Below, one piece after another: positions 38,356 through 51,009 of a DNA stretch of 64,000 bases (position 1 is the stretch's first letter; every line of letters starts with the position of its first letter). This DNA is from Raillietiella orientalis. Lineage: Eukaryota. The notes under the pieces are model-generated. The model made no database searches and was not told where the DNA came from. It was given only the letters and a program-made list of their open reading frames with translations. The position numbers and the translations under genes are program-made. Where the stretch lies: positions 682,001-746,000 of the forward strand of contig JAYWIR010000006.1 in assembly GCA_036172245.1 (NCBI GenBank), in the 5' to 3' direction.

Positions 38356-38392
<37 letters not shown>
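38356..38392. repeat. (TC)n microsatellite
   Basis: Read directly from the sequence. Confidence 0.95.
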
Positions 38393-38398
<6 letters not shown>

Positions 38399-41300
38399 TT
38401 TTTTGCACGACTCCGTTTTAACATCGGGAGTGAAAGAAGTTCCGGGGGACATCGAGGTCGGCAGTGACGTAAAATTCGGACGTGCTCCAGGTAGGGAGAA
38501 AGGATCGTAACACACCCAACCACATGGCACGGATCGATGTTCCTCTTTCCCTCCGGTGAATGCATCTCTCGCGCGCCTTCGTTGTCGGAGCGACGGTTAC
38601 AGAAAGCACGCGTGTCACCACCGTGTAACGTCCCAGCTCAGGGTTCCCAGATCACAGGAATGAAATGTCGAATCCATCGCAGCGGTCTTGCAGTGTGAAA
38701 AAAAAAAAAAGAAGAAGTAACTCGCGCTTGCTACCTCGCCCCAGCTGGTGCTGGAGATGGACCTCCGACTGCTGATTCAACCAGACTGCTCTCGAAAAAA
38801 GCTAACCGCCTTCATTCGCTCCCAGCAGCCTGAGTTCTTGGTTCCATGCTCCTCCTCTTCCTTTTCCTTCCTTATCTCACATTCCACTCCTTCATTCCTC
38901 CTTTCCCTCCTAATTCGTTATCTCTCACACATCCCCAACTGCCATCGGAATGTTGCCTCTTGGGCACCATCTCAGTGCCGCGGAATCTATCTGCTTGCTC
39001 TCTGCAAACGCCTTTCAATGGGATCAGTTTGGAAAGGGTCAGTCCTTCCAGATGAGCATCGTATCCCGTCTTTCTACCAACCCCTACCCATCCTTCCAAA
39101 CTGCAGTCACACTCTTTGTTTTGCTTTCCTCCTACGTTGAGCGCTTCTACCTCGCCACCAGCCGCTGATGGGGTGAACCTTCCACTGCGTCGGTCTTGAC
39201 ATTGATGGAGAAGAGGGCACCTCTGACTCGAAATGCTGCTCCTGGCTTCGGAACGTCCCTTTTCCCCGTCTCCTTCAAACCGTTGCCAAGCAGCGTGCTC
39301 TTCCTTGCTAGCGTGGAAGATCGAGCGGTTTTCTTCGCCCCAACAACCCCCATTCCCTGGAGGGATTCATCCGATTTCGTCTCCCTCCTTTGCTGTCAAA
39401 CAGGAGCTTTCCAGAAACGGGACAGCATGGACAGACGGATATGTGCGGTCGCACCTCGTCTGTCGCTTCTACACACCTCCCGTCGCTTCTGTCATTTCTG
39501 CATTCTGTTTTGTTTCATTTCCTGATCCCTGTCCCCTGAGACGTATCCCAGCAGGAATGCTGCGGAAACGTCTCGTAGTAGAACTAGACGGCTGTTTACA
39601 GGTAGCCGCTTCATCAGCCGCTGGCTGGCCGCAGCTATGGCACGGAACACTCTGCAGAACCGAAGATGCCTCACTGCAAGCTGACAGTTTCGTGCGAGTT
39701 GCTTCTGGACTGAGGAGAACGAGGGAGGTCCTCCGATGATGTCTCGACCCGCGAGACCAAGAACACATTTCTATCCATCCGCCTACGAATTTCCCCTTAT
39801 CTGCCCGCGATTCGCCTCCCGCGTTGGTCTGGAAGCGAATTGTGTGCCAGGTTGTGTAAAGAAAACGTGACTGTCAAGAGCAGAGACCGCGAAGGAGCAA
39901 ACAGGAACAGAGAAAGGCATGCTGCAGATTCCATTCAGAATACGGCCAGATTCTCTCGAGAAGTTGAAAGAGGAGCGAGTTTTTGCAAGCTATGATGTGT
40001 GAACGCTGGATCCTGTGTTGAAATATGTGATCAATAGGAAACAGTGACCGCACGAAGGAATTTATTTTGCTGACCATCAGGAATGGCATGAACGAGGGTC
40101 CCCTCTCAGTCGGTGGGACCAACAAATGCAGATGAATCTTCCACAAGATTGAGGTCTGCCGAAGGAAAGGTTCGCCTCTGGTGTTAAAATAAACGACCTA
40201 TCCATAGCCAAAACATGCCTAGATCTTTGGTGCAAAGCTCGGAATTCTGATAATTGTGGAGAGGATGCCTTCATCTAAAGTACGACTGGTCGGCTGAATT
40301 TCTTCGGCCATAATTGCAGTTAGTCTGGATACTTTGAGTTGATCTTCATTTTCTATCTGAATGTGCCATTCTAATCACTCTTGAAAATGTTCAAGAGATA
40401 CTCATCCTTAAGATGTTTTTAAAATTAAAGAATGATGCTTTTGAATTAAGGTCTGATGCTGTTCATGAATTCAGCTGCAATAATATAATGAGACCAGTCA
40501 TTAATTCAAAAGAGTTTCACAACTATAACCCGATATCTTGAACTTGAAAAACTATTTAAAAAAAACAAACCAAGAATTGTTCCATTGTATATTCTGCTTA
40601 TCTGCATAGTGTATTCACTAATTTGGCTGTCGAAATGTTATCCCAAGCTCCATCAAAGTCGTGCTTTTACATTTGCAATAAAACCTACAATCCGGCAGTC
40701 TGGCAAACGAATGTTACACTTGGTTTACAACAGGATGCTCGGGTTTCCATAAGGAAATCATCTGGATACATGACCACAGTACGGCCCTGGTACTGTTGGT
40801 GGCTTCTACTGTTATATTCCGAAAATCCTTCATCAGTATACTTAGGAGTTAACGAACTAGAAACAGAATTGATAACTCTAGCATTGTCTTTGCTGTGAGA
40901 GGATCTGATTCTTCAGTTTCAAAAGCTGTTGCTAAGTGTTTTATGCAGAACTCGAAGATAGAACAGAATTGGCGAAATTTGGAGAAGTCAAAGCCATTAA
41001 AATTAACAGGAGTCGCCCTTTTTGCACACGTGGCAAAATTCTGCGGTTCTTAAGACAATTAAGAAAGCAATCTAGTGGACACCTTCCCCTTTTCGGAATG
41101 AACACAATACAGAGTAAATAAGAAGTCGTGTCGGTAGTTCTTCGAAACTAAGCAGCTTGTTCGGAATTGATTCAGTCATGAAAGGAGCATGCTGTTCTTT
41201 CATGGTATTGTACATGTTGAAAGTGAGGATATACGTACGTTTGGGGTGCTTTCAAAACAGAAAAACTGGTTACATTTTGTTGTCATACAGAAATATTAAG

Positions 41301-43386
41301 GACCATGTGAACAGAACTGAATTCTTTTAAATTGGAATGAGCAAAAGCGTGAGAGACGATTTTTAATGAAATTAAGATTAGGTGTAGTTACACTTCGTCA
41401 ATCATTATCGTTTACTGCTACCCAGTTTTCAAAACTTTACTTTTCATGGGTCATCCCGATTGCCTGTTTTTTCCAGATTTGAATGATTTTTTTTGACAAT
41501 GTACTTTCATTGTAACAGACAGGATCGATATCTTTTTGAGAAGCTCACTCCAGCTCGTATAAAGTGCTTATCTCTTTCAAATTTTTCGCTTCATTTATTG
41601 CATTCTCCACCTACTCTACCTATACCTTCCAACATTTCTTCATGGGTAAAGGAAAGAAAAATATCGAACCTAACTGCCTTCTTTAACCCCCAGTTTTTAT
41701 TAATCCAGTCTTTTTTTAATATACAGTCCTTTTGAAATACAGATTCTTCCCTATTTCAACCTCGCGCTCCTCAGTAGTAATGTTCCTAAGCTTTTCTTCA
41801 CAGAAAGCACAAGCTGTTTCTCGCTGGTAATCGTGGATTCAAAAATATCTTCAATTATGAGAATGTTGCATACTCAAGTGATAAGTTTCAGCAGAAAAAT
41901 GGGCATTTGTCTCATACTTATGTTGCAAAGACGACACAGGTGTTCCACGGTTCAACGAACATCGATTTCCAAACACAGTTGTGCCAAACACTTGCCTTAT
42001 TAGGGAAGCCTGGTAACCGTGATGACGCAGTTTGTATATCCACTTGATAACGTGTAGAGTCTGTCCTATTTTTCTGCGAAAACATATAAGATGTGACAGG
42101 CGATCTTGTAATCTGGTAGAAAACGATTGTGGATACCTGAGTGACTGCAGGATTTGGAACACGGATTCGATGGTCTTCTATGGAAATAATGGAGGTACTG
42201 AAGTTGCGGTCGAATGAGAGCATGGTCCCCATGCTGCATACAAGTTTGATTCTGTACAGTTCCGGTAGAAAGGACCCCTTGACAGGAATCGGAGTACTGG
42301 TTCCATGGATATGCTTGGTTGCGTCCTTAAACTTTTTAAACACGAAAATAATTTCTGGAGAATATGGATTGTCTCTGAACATTGCAGGATTATAATGGCA
42401 TGGATGTGTGATCCGGTCTTGATGCGATCGAAATCGATTTTATGTAAGCAGAAATGCAATGGATTAAAAGACATCGTGAAAAGGTAGAGTGATGTTTGAG
42501 CATGTGAAGATTATCAAGTGCCCTGAAGAACAGCAGAAGGCAAGAATGTTATTCATGAAACCAAAAACTGATTTTTACAATTAAGTCCGTAAAACATTGT
42601 AAGCAACGAAGACAATTGAACATCTTGACTCGAAAACTGCAAAAGATGATATACCGACATTTATGAAGTCACTACTTAAAGTATTCGGTCATTGGGGAAG
42701 TGGCTTCCACAATGGGCTTATGGAAGCAACCTCTTAATATCCAGCATTTACTTTCGCGTTAAATAGATTAGTATACTCCGAGTTAGAGCTTTGAGAGTAA
42801 GGAAAAACTTTTCTGGTAGTAGCCTTGCAAAATTGGGAAGCAGGAGATTCAGACAAGATTGCTGAATATACGAAAAGTATTCACGTGCACTTAAAATTTG
42901 TGCACAACCCAAATCCTAATCGAATAAAATGAAGGAACATAATCATAAATGGTAATTTATTCAAAGTTCATATTTTCACAGTTCATAAACAATATAAATA
43001 TATCCAATACATGTAAGGTGATAACAAGGATTAGTGATTACTGGCAATGATCTGCCAAGACTTGTGTTTGTTGCAAGCTGATGTGATATTAAAGGGAACT
43101 ATATACCAAAGTACTTGAAAACTTGCAACTCCTCTTCTGTTCTTGATAAAAATAGTTTGAATGTATGTGCTGTCCACCAAAGATTGCAATAAATTTTGCC
43201 AGCACCATCAATTCTTTTTCCCAACTTTGGTCAAGATGAATAGTTACTTTTCATTCTAATTGCTCTCTGCATTCAAAAACAACTTGAGGACTTAAAGAAA
43301 AAATTAATTAATGAGCAGAAGCAAAAGTTCTCTTACCAAAGAAAGTTGCTTGCTTCTACTGACTGCTGTTTTCTATCTATTTTGTA

Positions 43387-45443
43387 TTACAGTGCATGCA
43401 AAACTGGTGATGATAAATGACAATGCTCCATGCTCTCAGAGATATCTGGATACAACATAGTGCCTGCATAATGAAGAAATGCTGCCTTGGCTGCAAAATG
43501 TTTTGCTTCTTCTGCTGTCTTTCCCTGTGCATTGCAAACCACAACTGGTTTTGCTCTAATTTGTATCAGACACTGATACACTGTGTGACATCATTTTGCT
43601 ATATTCTGACACTTATTCCTTACACTCAGTTTCCAAATTTTGCCATTCTGCATATGAGATCACGTTAGAGTCCTTGTTATCCCTATTGAGAGCATTGTGC
43701 AACATAAGCTGATAGTTCAGAAAGTATGGTTTTTTGATCAACTGCAAAATAATATATTAAGCATGGAACACAAGTGAAAAACCATAAAACTAGTACTCAT
43801 GAGAAACTTAATTAATGAAATAGTACTCTAAACATGATTTTTTAGAAAAAAAAAGATGGCTGACGAAAAGTGAACAGAGAAACAGTTTCTCCAAAGAATG
43901 CAGTTCCTTTCATCTTTGTAAGCCATTTCAATCATCCGAAGCCAATCAAAAACTAAACACAATAGAAGCACATTACAAAAGGCTTGAGTCAAACATTGTA
44001 CAAGCAGACAAATGATGACAATCAAATCTATTCTCATACTTCTAAAAAGAATAACTAACTTTTAAGCTGCCTTATTCACCTAATAGGTGATATATCTGTG
44101 GATGTAAAAGTTGCAGCATAGCCACTCTACTGATGGCAGGAGTATGCAAATTATTTGCCTGTAATATTGCTAAAGAACCATTTAAGAGCTAATCTGCTTC
44201 TAGTGTGTTCAATGACCATCAAAGGGTGCTTAGTTTATTATTGATTATATAAAAATGAATGATTATATAAGAAAATGAATGATACCTTCCACTTTCCTGA
44301 GACACTTGTTATTTACCTGAGAACTTCTTTGCTCTATTATTTTCAGCATTTTCTTTGCTGCCTCATGTTTAGCTGTTTTTTGGCTATTTGCCCATCCTTC
44401 ACAAGTCCATGCCTCATCTGGGTTGATGGGCAAAATACAGTCACATACACATTTCTGGTTCTCACATTTCTCTTTGATACTCAATTTCCACAATGGCTCA
44501 CTCAATCCATTATTTTTGGCAACTCCTTGCAGAATTGTACTTGAATCATCTAACATAACACTGATTACTGCTACTGACATTATGAATAATGCTTACCAGT
44601 AAAGTGCTGTATTGGAGTACTGGCAACAAAATTGGATCCCAAACTAACCTGTAAGACATGATATCTCATTAGGAATTTAAAATCACAATACCTTTAGTTT
44701 ATCTAGCATAACTTCAGATGCTTTCTCCTTTGCCAGCTCATGATTACGACCTTTGCCTACACTTTCGAATTTTTCATTGGTACACAAGGTACGAATCTGA
44801 CAACGCACTTCATATACCTTAATAAGGTCTACAATACGACGGTGGCGGTATATTGGATGAGCTAACCCAAATTTTCTGCAGAGTTCCTCTACCTTTCCCT
44901 CCTCATTGAAATACCTACAGAATGCAGTATAGGTTTGATGTATAGGCTTACATACATATTCTTTCGTGCTGAGGAAGAAGTAACAGTAGAATCAAAATGA
45001 TATCCTGGAGAGGCTGGATCTAGTTGATAGCCAGGAGTTGCTGTTTTAAACTCATATCCAGGTGTAGGGGGATGGAACTCACATTTAGGGGGATTAGAAG
45101 AAAAACTAAATTCTGGAGCCAAAGGATCTAGAGGATATCTCACATAGCTAGCAGGGGTAGAAGGGTTATGCAGGATGGAATCTAGTTCACAACTACTAGA
45201 ATCATTAGGCAGCTGATAGCTAAATGAACTTGAGTCAAATGAACAAAGAGATGCATGTGGAGCAAACTGATAGCTACATGCTTGATCAAGCTGAAAAGGT
45301 CCATAATGATCCACATCTCTAGAAATTACGAGATCATGATGGTACCCTGGTAAACTATGATGCCACTGATAGTTCATTATATAAGGACTGAAATTATAGT
45401 GTAGGGGATTTGGGTAAAAGAACTGTTGGTTGTGTGGTTCCAT
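43387..45443 (-). CDS. Divergent three-dsRBD protein of the Loquacious/TRBP/PACT/R2D2 group
   Basis: Exons 45443-44956, 44914-44692 (dsRBD1: VEELCRKFGLAHPIY..YEVRCQI..GKGRNHELAKEKASEVMLDKL), 44648-44597, 44549-44317 (dsRBD2: ..GWANSQKTAKHEAAKKML), optional unresolved linker exon(s), 43741-43624 and 43580-43387 (YQCLIQIRAKPVVVCNAQGKTAEEAKHFAAKAA, resembling the TRBP/Loqs third domain). Probable 5'UTR intron with acceptor at 45465-45466. AATAAA on the minus strand at 42956-42961. Confidence 0.85.
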
Positions 45444-46882
45444 ATTAGAAGTACTATTACTATTCTAAAAAGAAAGATCAAACATGGGAGTAAACACTTA
45501 ATATTATAGCATAACATTGGTCAATGAGCAACACTCAGAACAATTTCATAGAGGGTGACTACGACATGAGTTGCCTACACACATACAGTTAGATTGCCAA
45601 AATAGTTTATCATTAATAAATTAGATTCAACAATATTTCTGAACTTTTTCCGATGGGCAACAAATGTTTTAAGATACTCAGTCACCATGTGCTCGTGCAA
45701 TGTCTAGCATGCCACCTCAATTAAATATATAGTGACTTGAAAAATTACAGCACAACAATAGAATTGGTTAATCAACACATACATTTGACAAACCATCTTA
45801 TTATTAACAGGATTTTAAAATTTGTCCTCTGTCTTTCCAAAATAGGTTTGACTATACTTTCAATTAGCCAGAAACAGAAACTACAGAAATACAGAAACTC
45901 AATTCTCGAAAGGCAGTTTAAGCATATGCGCCACGGAAATATGTTAAAGGTGTCTTATTAAACAAAAGACATTTAGGATTGAAAATATAATACCCCAAAG
46001 GATTCCTTCTGCATGTGCACTTATATGACAATCGAATTTTTCGGTTTGCAATTGAATGGCTTGTTCCTCAAGTTGTGGATATGCACATCTCTGCTGCATA
46101 GAATTGGCTCCTTAAAGCCCCAGAACTCTACTTTTCTCGCACTGGAACAAGATGCTTTGCACTTCAAATCGTTCTAAATAACATCGACACTCAGGGGTCA
46201 CATAAAAATGCTCCGAACTGTTACATGAATCTTCTGGGAAACAAACTATTCCTCCTTACATTTGTCTTCGGAGAAAAAAAAGTTGCTTTATGTTTCCCCA
46301 GAATCGGTCCGGCCAATTTCTTCTACGTTAACTTCACGAATTAAAGCCAGCGTTTGGTGCTTAGTTTATACTTCATCAATTACAAACACTTGCAATCTGC
46401 AGACAGCTAAGATGCTACTCACAATCTCGCTACGGAGGCGTCTCATCATTGGGAGCCGCTTAGTTCCGGACCTGATTTGATTTTCGAGAAATAAAGTCGA
46501 ATTTTTGGTATCAATGTATCTTATTACAAGAGGGGCATGGGGTTTGTGGGGTTTAACGGTTTGCGGATTGCAGGCTTCCATCTCTGTCAACGAGGATGCT
46601 GCTCGCAAAAAAACACAGACTATTTTATTTAGCAGAAACAGCCCGGTTTCCACCACATCGCAGTCCAGCCCATGCGAAAAAGGGAACTCCAAAATCGAAA
46701 ATCACTTAGTCGTAGTTTTCCAAAGCACTACTTTTCCCTATGGACATTTATTGCAATCATGTATTAAATATATTACAACAGTGTATTTTCAAAACTCCCT
46801 GAAAATGCTACAGATATTATTCTGTAAAAGTGGAAGCTAATATTCCCAAGTGGGTTAAGCAATTCTGGAATGACTAAGGAAA

Positions 46883-46998
46883 AGATAAAGATTTTTAAGA
46901 AGACTGATGATAAAGATTGGATAAGGATGATAAAGATTCATAATAAGGATGATAAAGATTTTTAAAAAGAAGGGATGTGCTGTAGCACATCCCTTCTT
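46883..46998. repeat. GATAAAGATT-type degenerate tandem repeat followed by a perfect 15-bp-arm palindrome
   Basis: Four GATAAAGATT copies at ~46884-46960, then AAGAAGGGATGTGCT-GT-AGCACATCCCTTCTT at 46967-46998. Confidence 0.85.
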
Positions 46999-47823
46999 AA
47001 ACGAAACAATTGCAGCGAAAATTGTTATGAACTACTTTGCAAAATAGACTGAGACAAGAGAAAACTTAAACTCAAATTAAAGCAGAGAACATCTCATTCC
47101 TTTCCGAAACGGAGAGGAGACTGAAGTTGCATAGGAGGAACTCAAGATACTCAATATAAGCTTATTGGTTTTTTCTTCGTGTTATTTCCATTTCTTGCTA
47201 TTTCAACTGTTGAGGGAAGATTACCTTTCCTGAGGGTCCATAGAAAGCCAAATACCTATTGGATATTTTGCAGATTCAGTATTTCTTCTGGATGTTTGGT
47301 GGAAATGAGACTCATAATAACCAGAAACTAAAGGTGTCATCTGCTTATTTTGAGAACTATCCATTGATCTAACCATATAGCTCTTCTTTACCCCAAAAGT
47401 CATCTAGGCGGGTTTTCCAAAAAATGTTTCAAAAATTTACTAATCTTCCTTCAAAATTGGGAAATCTTTCTCAAATCAAGTCACTCTATTCTCGAAATGT
47501 AAGCACGTTGGGGTTTACTGTCTCAACTTCTATATGAACAATTTCAAAAGCTGGAAACTCCATAAAATCTGTCTCTCTCCATTTAAGTCAAGCCTCAGTA
47601 TTTATACGGTGAGAACTAAAATGTAAACTAAAGTAACCAGATAAAGAAAGGATCTAAATGATTAGAACCTACTGGAATATTAAGGAATAGTATTCACTCC
47701 ACTCATCTAAATAAAGAATACACAGCTCAACTCATGATAAAGAATTCCTTTAACTGCTGAATAACTATCCAAAGTACTTCACAACGTAGTGCAGCCTAGT
47801 TTATTTTACATGCGACGGGAAGC

Positions 47824-50800
47824 ATGATTGAGAGTGCTGTATTGCTGATAATCATTATTAGTATTGCTATTAATGCATTTTTACTTCCTCTTGCAGCAGA
47901 ACCCTTTAACTCTGCTTCACCCTCAGTGCTTGTTCTTCTTCGAATGTCATAAACTTCCGGGAGTTTCACTGAAGTAGAATTTCCAGGGATTACTTCATGA
48001 GCGCTAACAAATTCAGATGAGGAATTTTTGAGAAACAAAAGCAAGTCAATATCCTTGAGGGTTTTGTTGAAACTTGGTAATCAAGTTCAAGTAACCATTC
48101 ATTATTCTCAATTTCTACCATTAGAAATGGATAGACAAGTTTTTTTGTAATAAAGAATAGAACGCTTCCTTGCAGATTTCAGAATAAGTTTTGGACTTTG
48201 AATTGATCTTTTGACTTGAACTTCTGAATTGACTTTGGTCGTTCACCTTGAACAGTTCATCTTGAATTGAACCGACACCTAAATTCTAGTTTACCACAGC
48301 AGAAAGTTATAATATATATAATTCTCGTTTACCTCAGCAGATAATTCCATATGATTCTTAGAATGTATTCTATATAATTCTTTAGAGTTAGTCTTCACGA
48401 TTTTACACTTCATCTCCTGAACAAAAAATTTCAATAAGTCACTCATCGTGTTTATGAATTTTAAAAATGTTGCATATTCTATGAACAGTTCCTATTTTCA
48501 GAAAATCCAATTAGACGTTATTTAAAGAATGCAACTAGTTTAAATAATGAGTGAATTGCTAGAGCTGCTGCTGAAATGTGGATTTATCAAGTTGAATCTT
48601 ATTTCATACAGAATCATGGTACTTGACATCTAGAATCAGCGAGCCACTAGAAAGTTACTGCGTCTTTGTCATAACACTGACCAAATCACCTAACAAAGAT
48701 ACTTAAAACTTATAGAAAGCATGAAGTCTGCTGTGGATATATCCAAACTACCACTACATAAAGAGTTCATGTTTTCTTTTTCTTCGAATACATTCAATAT
48801 GTTGCTGACTGATGTTTCAACATTTCATTCAAGACAGTTAGCATTCCATTTATGAGCACTAATTCGAGACATTTTATGTAATTTTTCATATCTCAAACTG
48901 TCTACTGTTTTTCCATACTCTAAATATATTATTGACTTATAGAGGAGTGTCCGACTTTCTAGGCATACAGATAGATGAACAGATCGACAGACCTAAATAA
49001 TACTGACAATGCACAGTTGTCTTTATGCACAAGACACTCATAATCTCTAACCGTTTGCATCAAAAGAAATAATTTGATTCAAATTAGATATCCGAGGTTG
49101 ATATATGCAAGAAAAAGCAGTGAAGATAGCGAAATGGATCAGTTAATAAGAGTTGAAGAAATGGACCTGTGTCGAGAAAATAGCATATGCATTCAACTAT
49201 ATAAAATTCAAGAAAATTCAAAATAAAATAAAAATGACGTATTAATCAAAAATTGCACGAACGCATCTTATTTAATGTACTTGATGCACATCATAAAAAA
49301 AAAACTACTTTTGTACACTTGCAGAATTAAGTAAAAGTTTCTTACTATACTCATTAGAAATTGTTTAGACAGAGGTATAATATGCTGCAAATATTTGGTT
49401 GTTACTTCTGCAATTTAACCTTCGTTTATTTGTTTTGAATCACATTACAAAATGAATCTGTTAGTTATGCAATCTATTAGTTATTGTATCTCAACCGTAG
49501 AGTTATGTAATTGTTCCATGCTATGTGTCTTATTATAATCAGCATGAATCATGTTGATTTGAGCATTCATTGAAAATTCCTCCGTGATTGGGGAAAAACA
49601 GTTCAATTATTCTGTTTTCTCTCGACTGCCTGTTTGCAAGCCATGTTTTCACTTGAAAAAACGAGTCGACTTTTATGACGTGAAAACAGGGTGAGAGTAA
49701 CCCTGTGGTTCCCTGCAGTGAGCCTGTGAACACAGTTGGCATCAAAGACATGATGTTAAGGCTCGAAGTGGGTTAATTAGACAAAATGTGCGCTTGTTGG
49801 AAATGTGCTGTGTTGGAAGGAAGTAGGATATTCTCTGTGATAAGATGAAAAGCACAAATGTGTATAACCGACGTCTGAAACACATAGCAGTCATTTGCGC
49901 TTGTGCAACGCTAATTATCTTTATATGGTACAAAGGGGCTGCAGTGAGCACATTTCTTTACTCAGTAAACATAGTTATAAGTTATTGAGCATTAGAGTTT
50001 TTGTTGTTTTACTAAAGATATGATTCACCCCATGCTAGCAATAATTCATGGTAAATTGAATGTTTTATGCAGCGTGAGGTGGAAGTCGCCGTACCTTCTT
50101 TGGATTCAGTTGTTATCGATGTTTATTACGAATCCCTATGCCCTGACAGCAAAAGTTTTGTTTTATCCCAGCTGAAGTCAGCTGTAAGGGAGCTGGCGAC
50201 AATAACTACAGTGAATCTGGTACCATATGGAAAAGCTACTGTAAGACCAATGTGAATTTGTTAAATTAGTGTTCAATTCTTTTGTCGATGATTTCCATGT
50301 AGACTCATGTAAGTAAGGAAACTAGTCGATTAAATTTTGAATGCCAACATGGTGAAAGTGAATGTTTGGGTAACAAAGCACATGCTTGTGGTATCCATTA
50401 TGCCAAGAATCAAGGTATCCAAATCGATTATGTTGTCTGTTTGTTTGAACAGACGGGTTATTTCTTTGCTGATTTCTTCTCATATGCTGAACAGGTAAGC
50501 ATATTTTGGAATTCAGTGTTAGCTAGGAAATGGTGTTACATAATTCTTCTTGGTAAACTGAATCAAAATGTAAGTGCAAGTAGGTTGGTCAATAGCAATG
50601 AATGCCTGCTTTCTTCATTGTGTTTCTTGTGATTTTATGTATAAGTGTATTTATAGTGTGCTCATATGGTGCATATACCATCTGAGAAAGTTGCTGCTTG
50701 TATGAATGGCACTGAGGGGGATAACCTATTACAGAAATTTGGTGAACAAACCAAAGCTTTGAAGCCATCTGTCACTTACATTCCTACAATTATAATAAAT

Positions 50801-51009
50801 GGAGTGAGTATGAAATCCGAATTGGATCCTAACTGGCATTTTTTTCAAGAGTCCTGATTTTCTCTTGCAGTCTTTAAAGGATTTGAAATTAGTAGTTTGC
50901 AAGTTCTACATGGTAGTAAAAGACTTGATTATTTCTAATCACATTTATGTTTTTTCTTAAGGGAATTCCACCTGAATCCTGCAAACAAAAGACCTACTCT
51001 CCAAAGTAA
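47824..51009 (+). CDS. GILT-like protein, canonical paralog C
   Basis: Exons 50073-50240 (VYYESLCPDS..LVPYGKA), 50303-50494 (FECQHGESECLGNKAHAC, full signature), 50657-50803 (..VTYIPTIIING), 50850 or 50871-50912, and 50962-51009 (GIPPESCKQKTYSPK*). The signal-peptide exon 47824-47925 (MIESAVLLIIIISIAINAFLLPLAA..) is tentative because its donor GTGCTT is weak. AATAAA at 51465-51470. Confidence 0.9.

Noticed and set aside
40690..42780. Possible minus-strand exons (42440-42137, 42073-41996, 40895-40690) and a faint death-domain-like stretch near 41450-41610
   Set aside because: No consistent start-to-stop model on either strand; in-frame stops are present and the similarity is too weak to call without a search.
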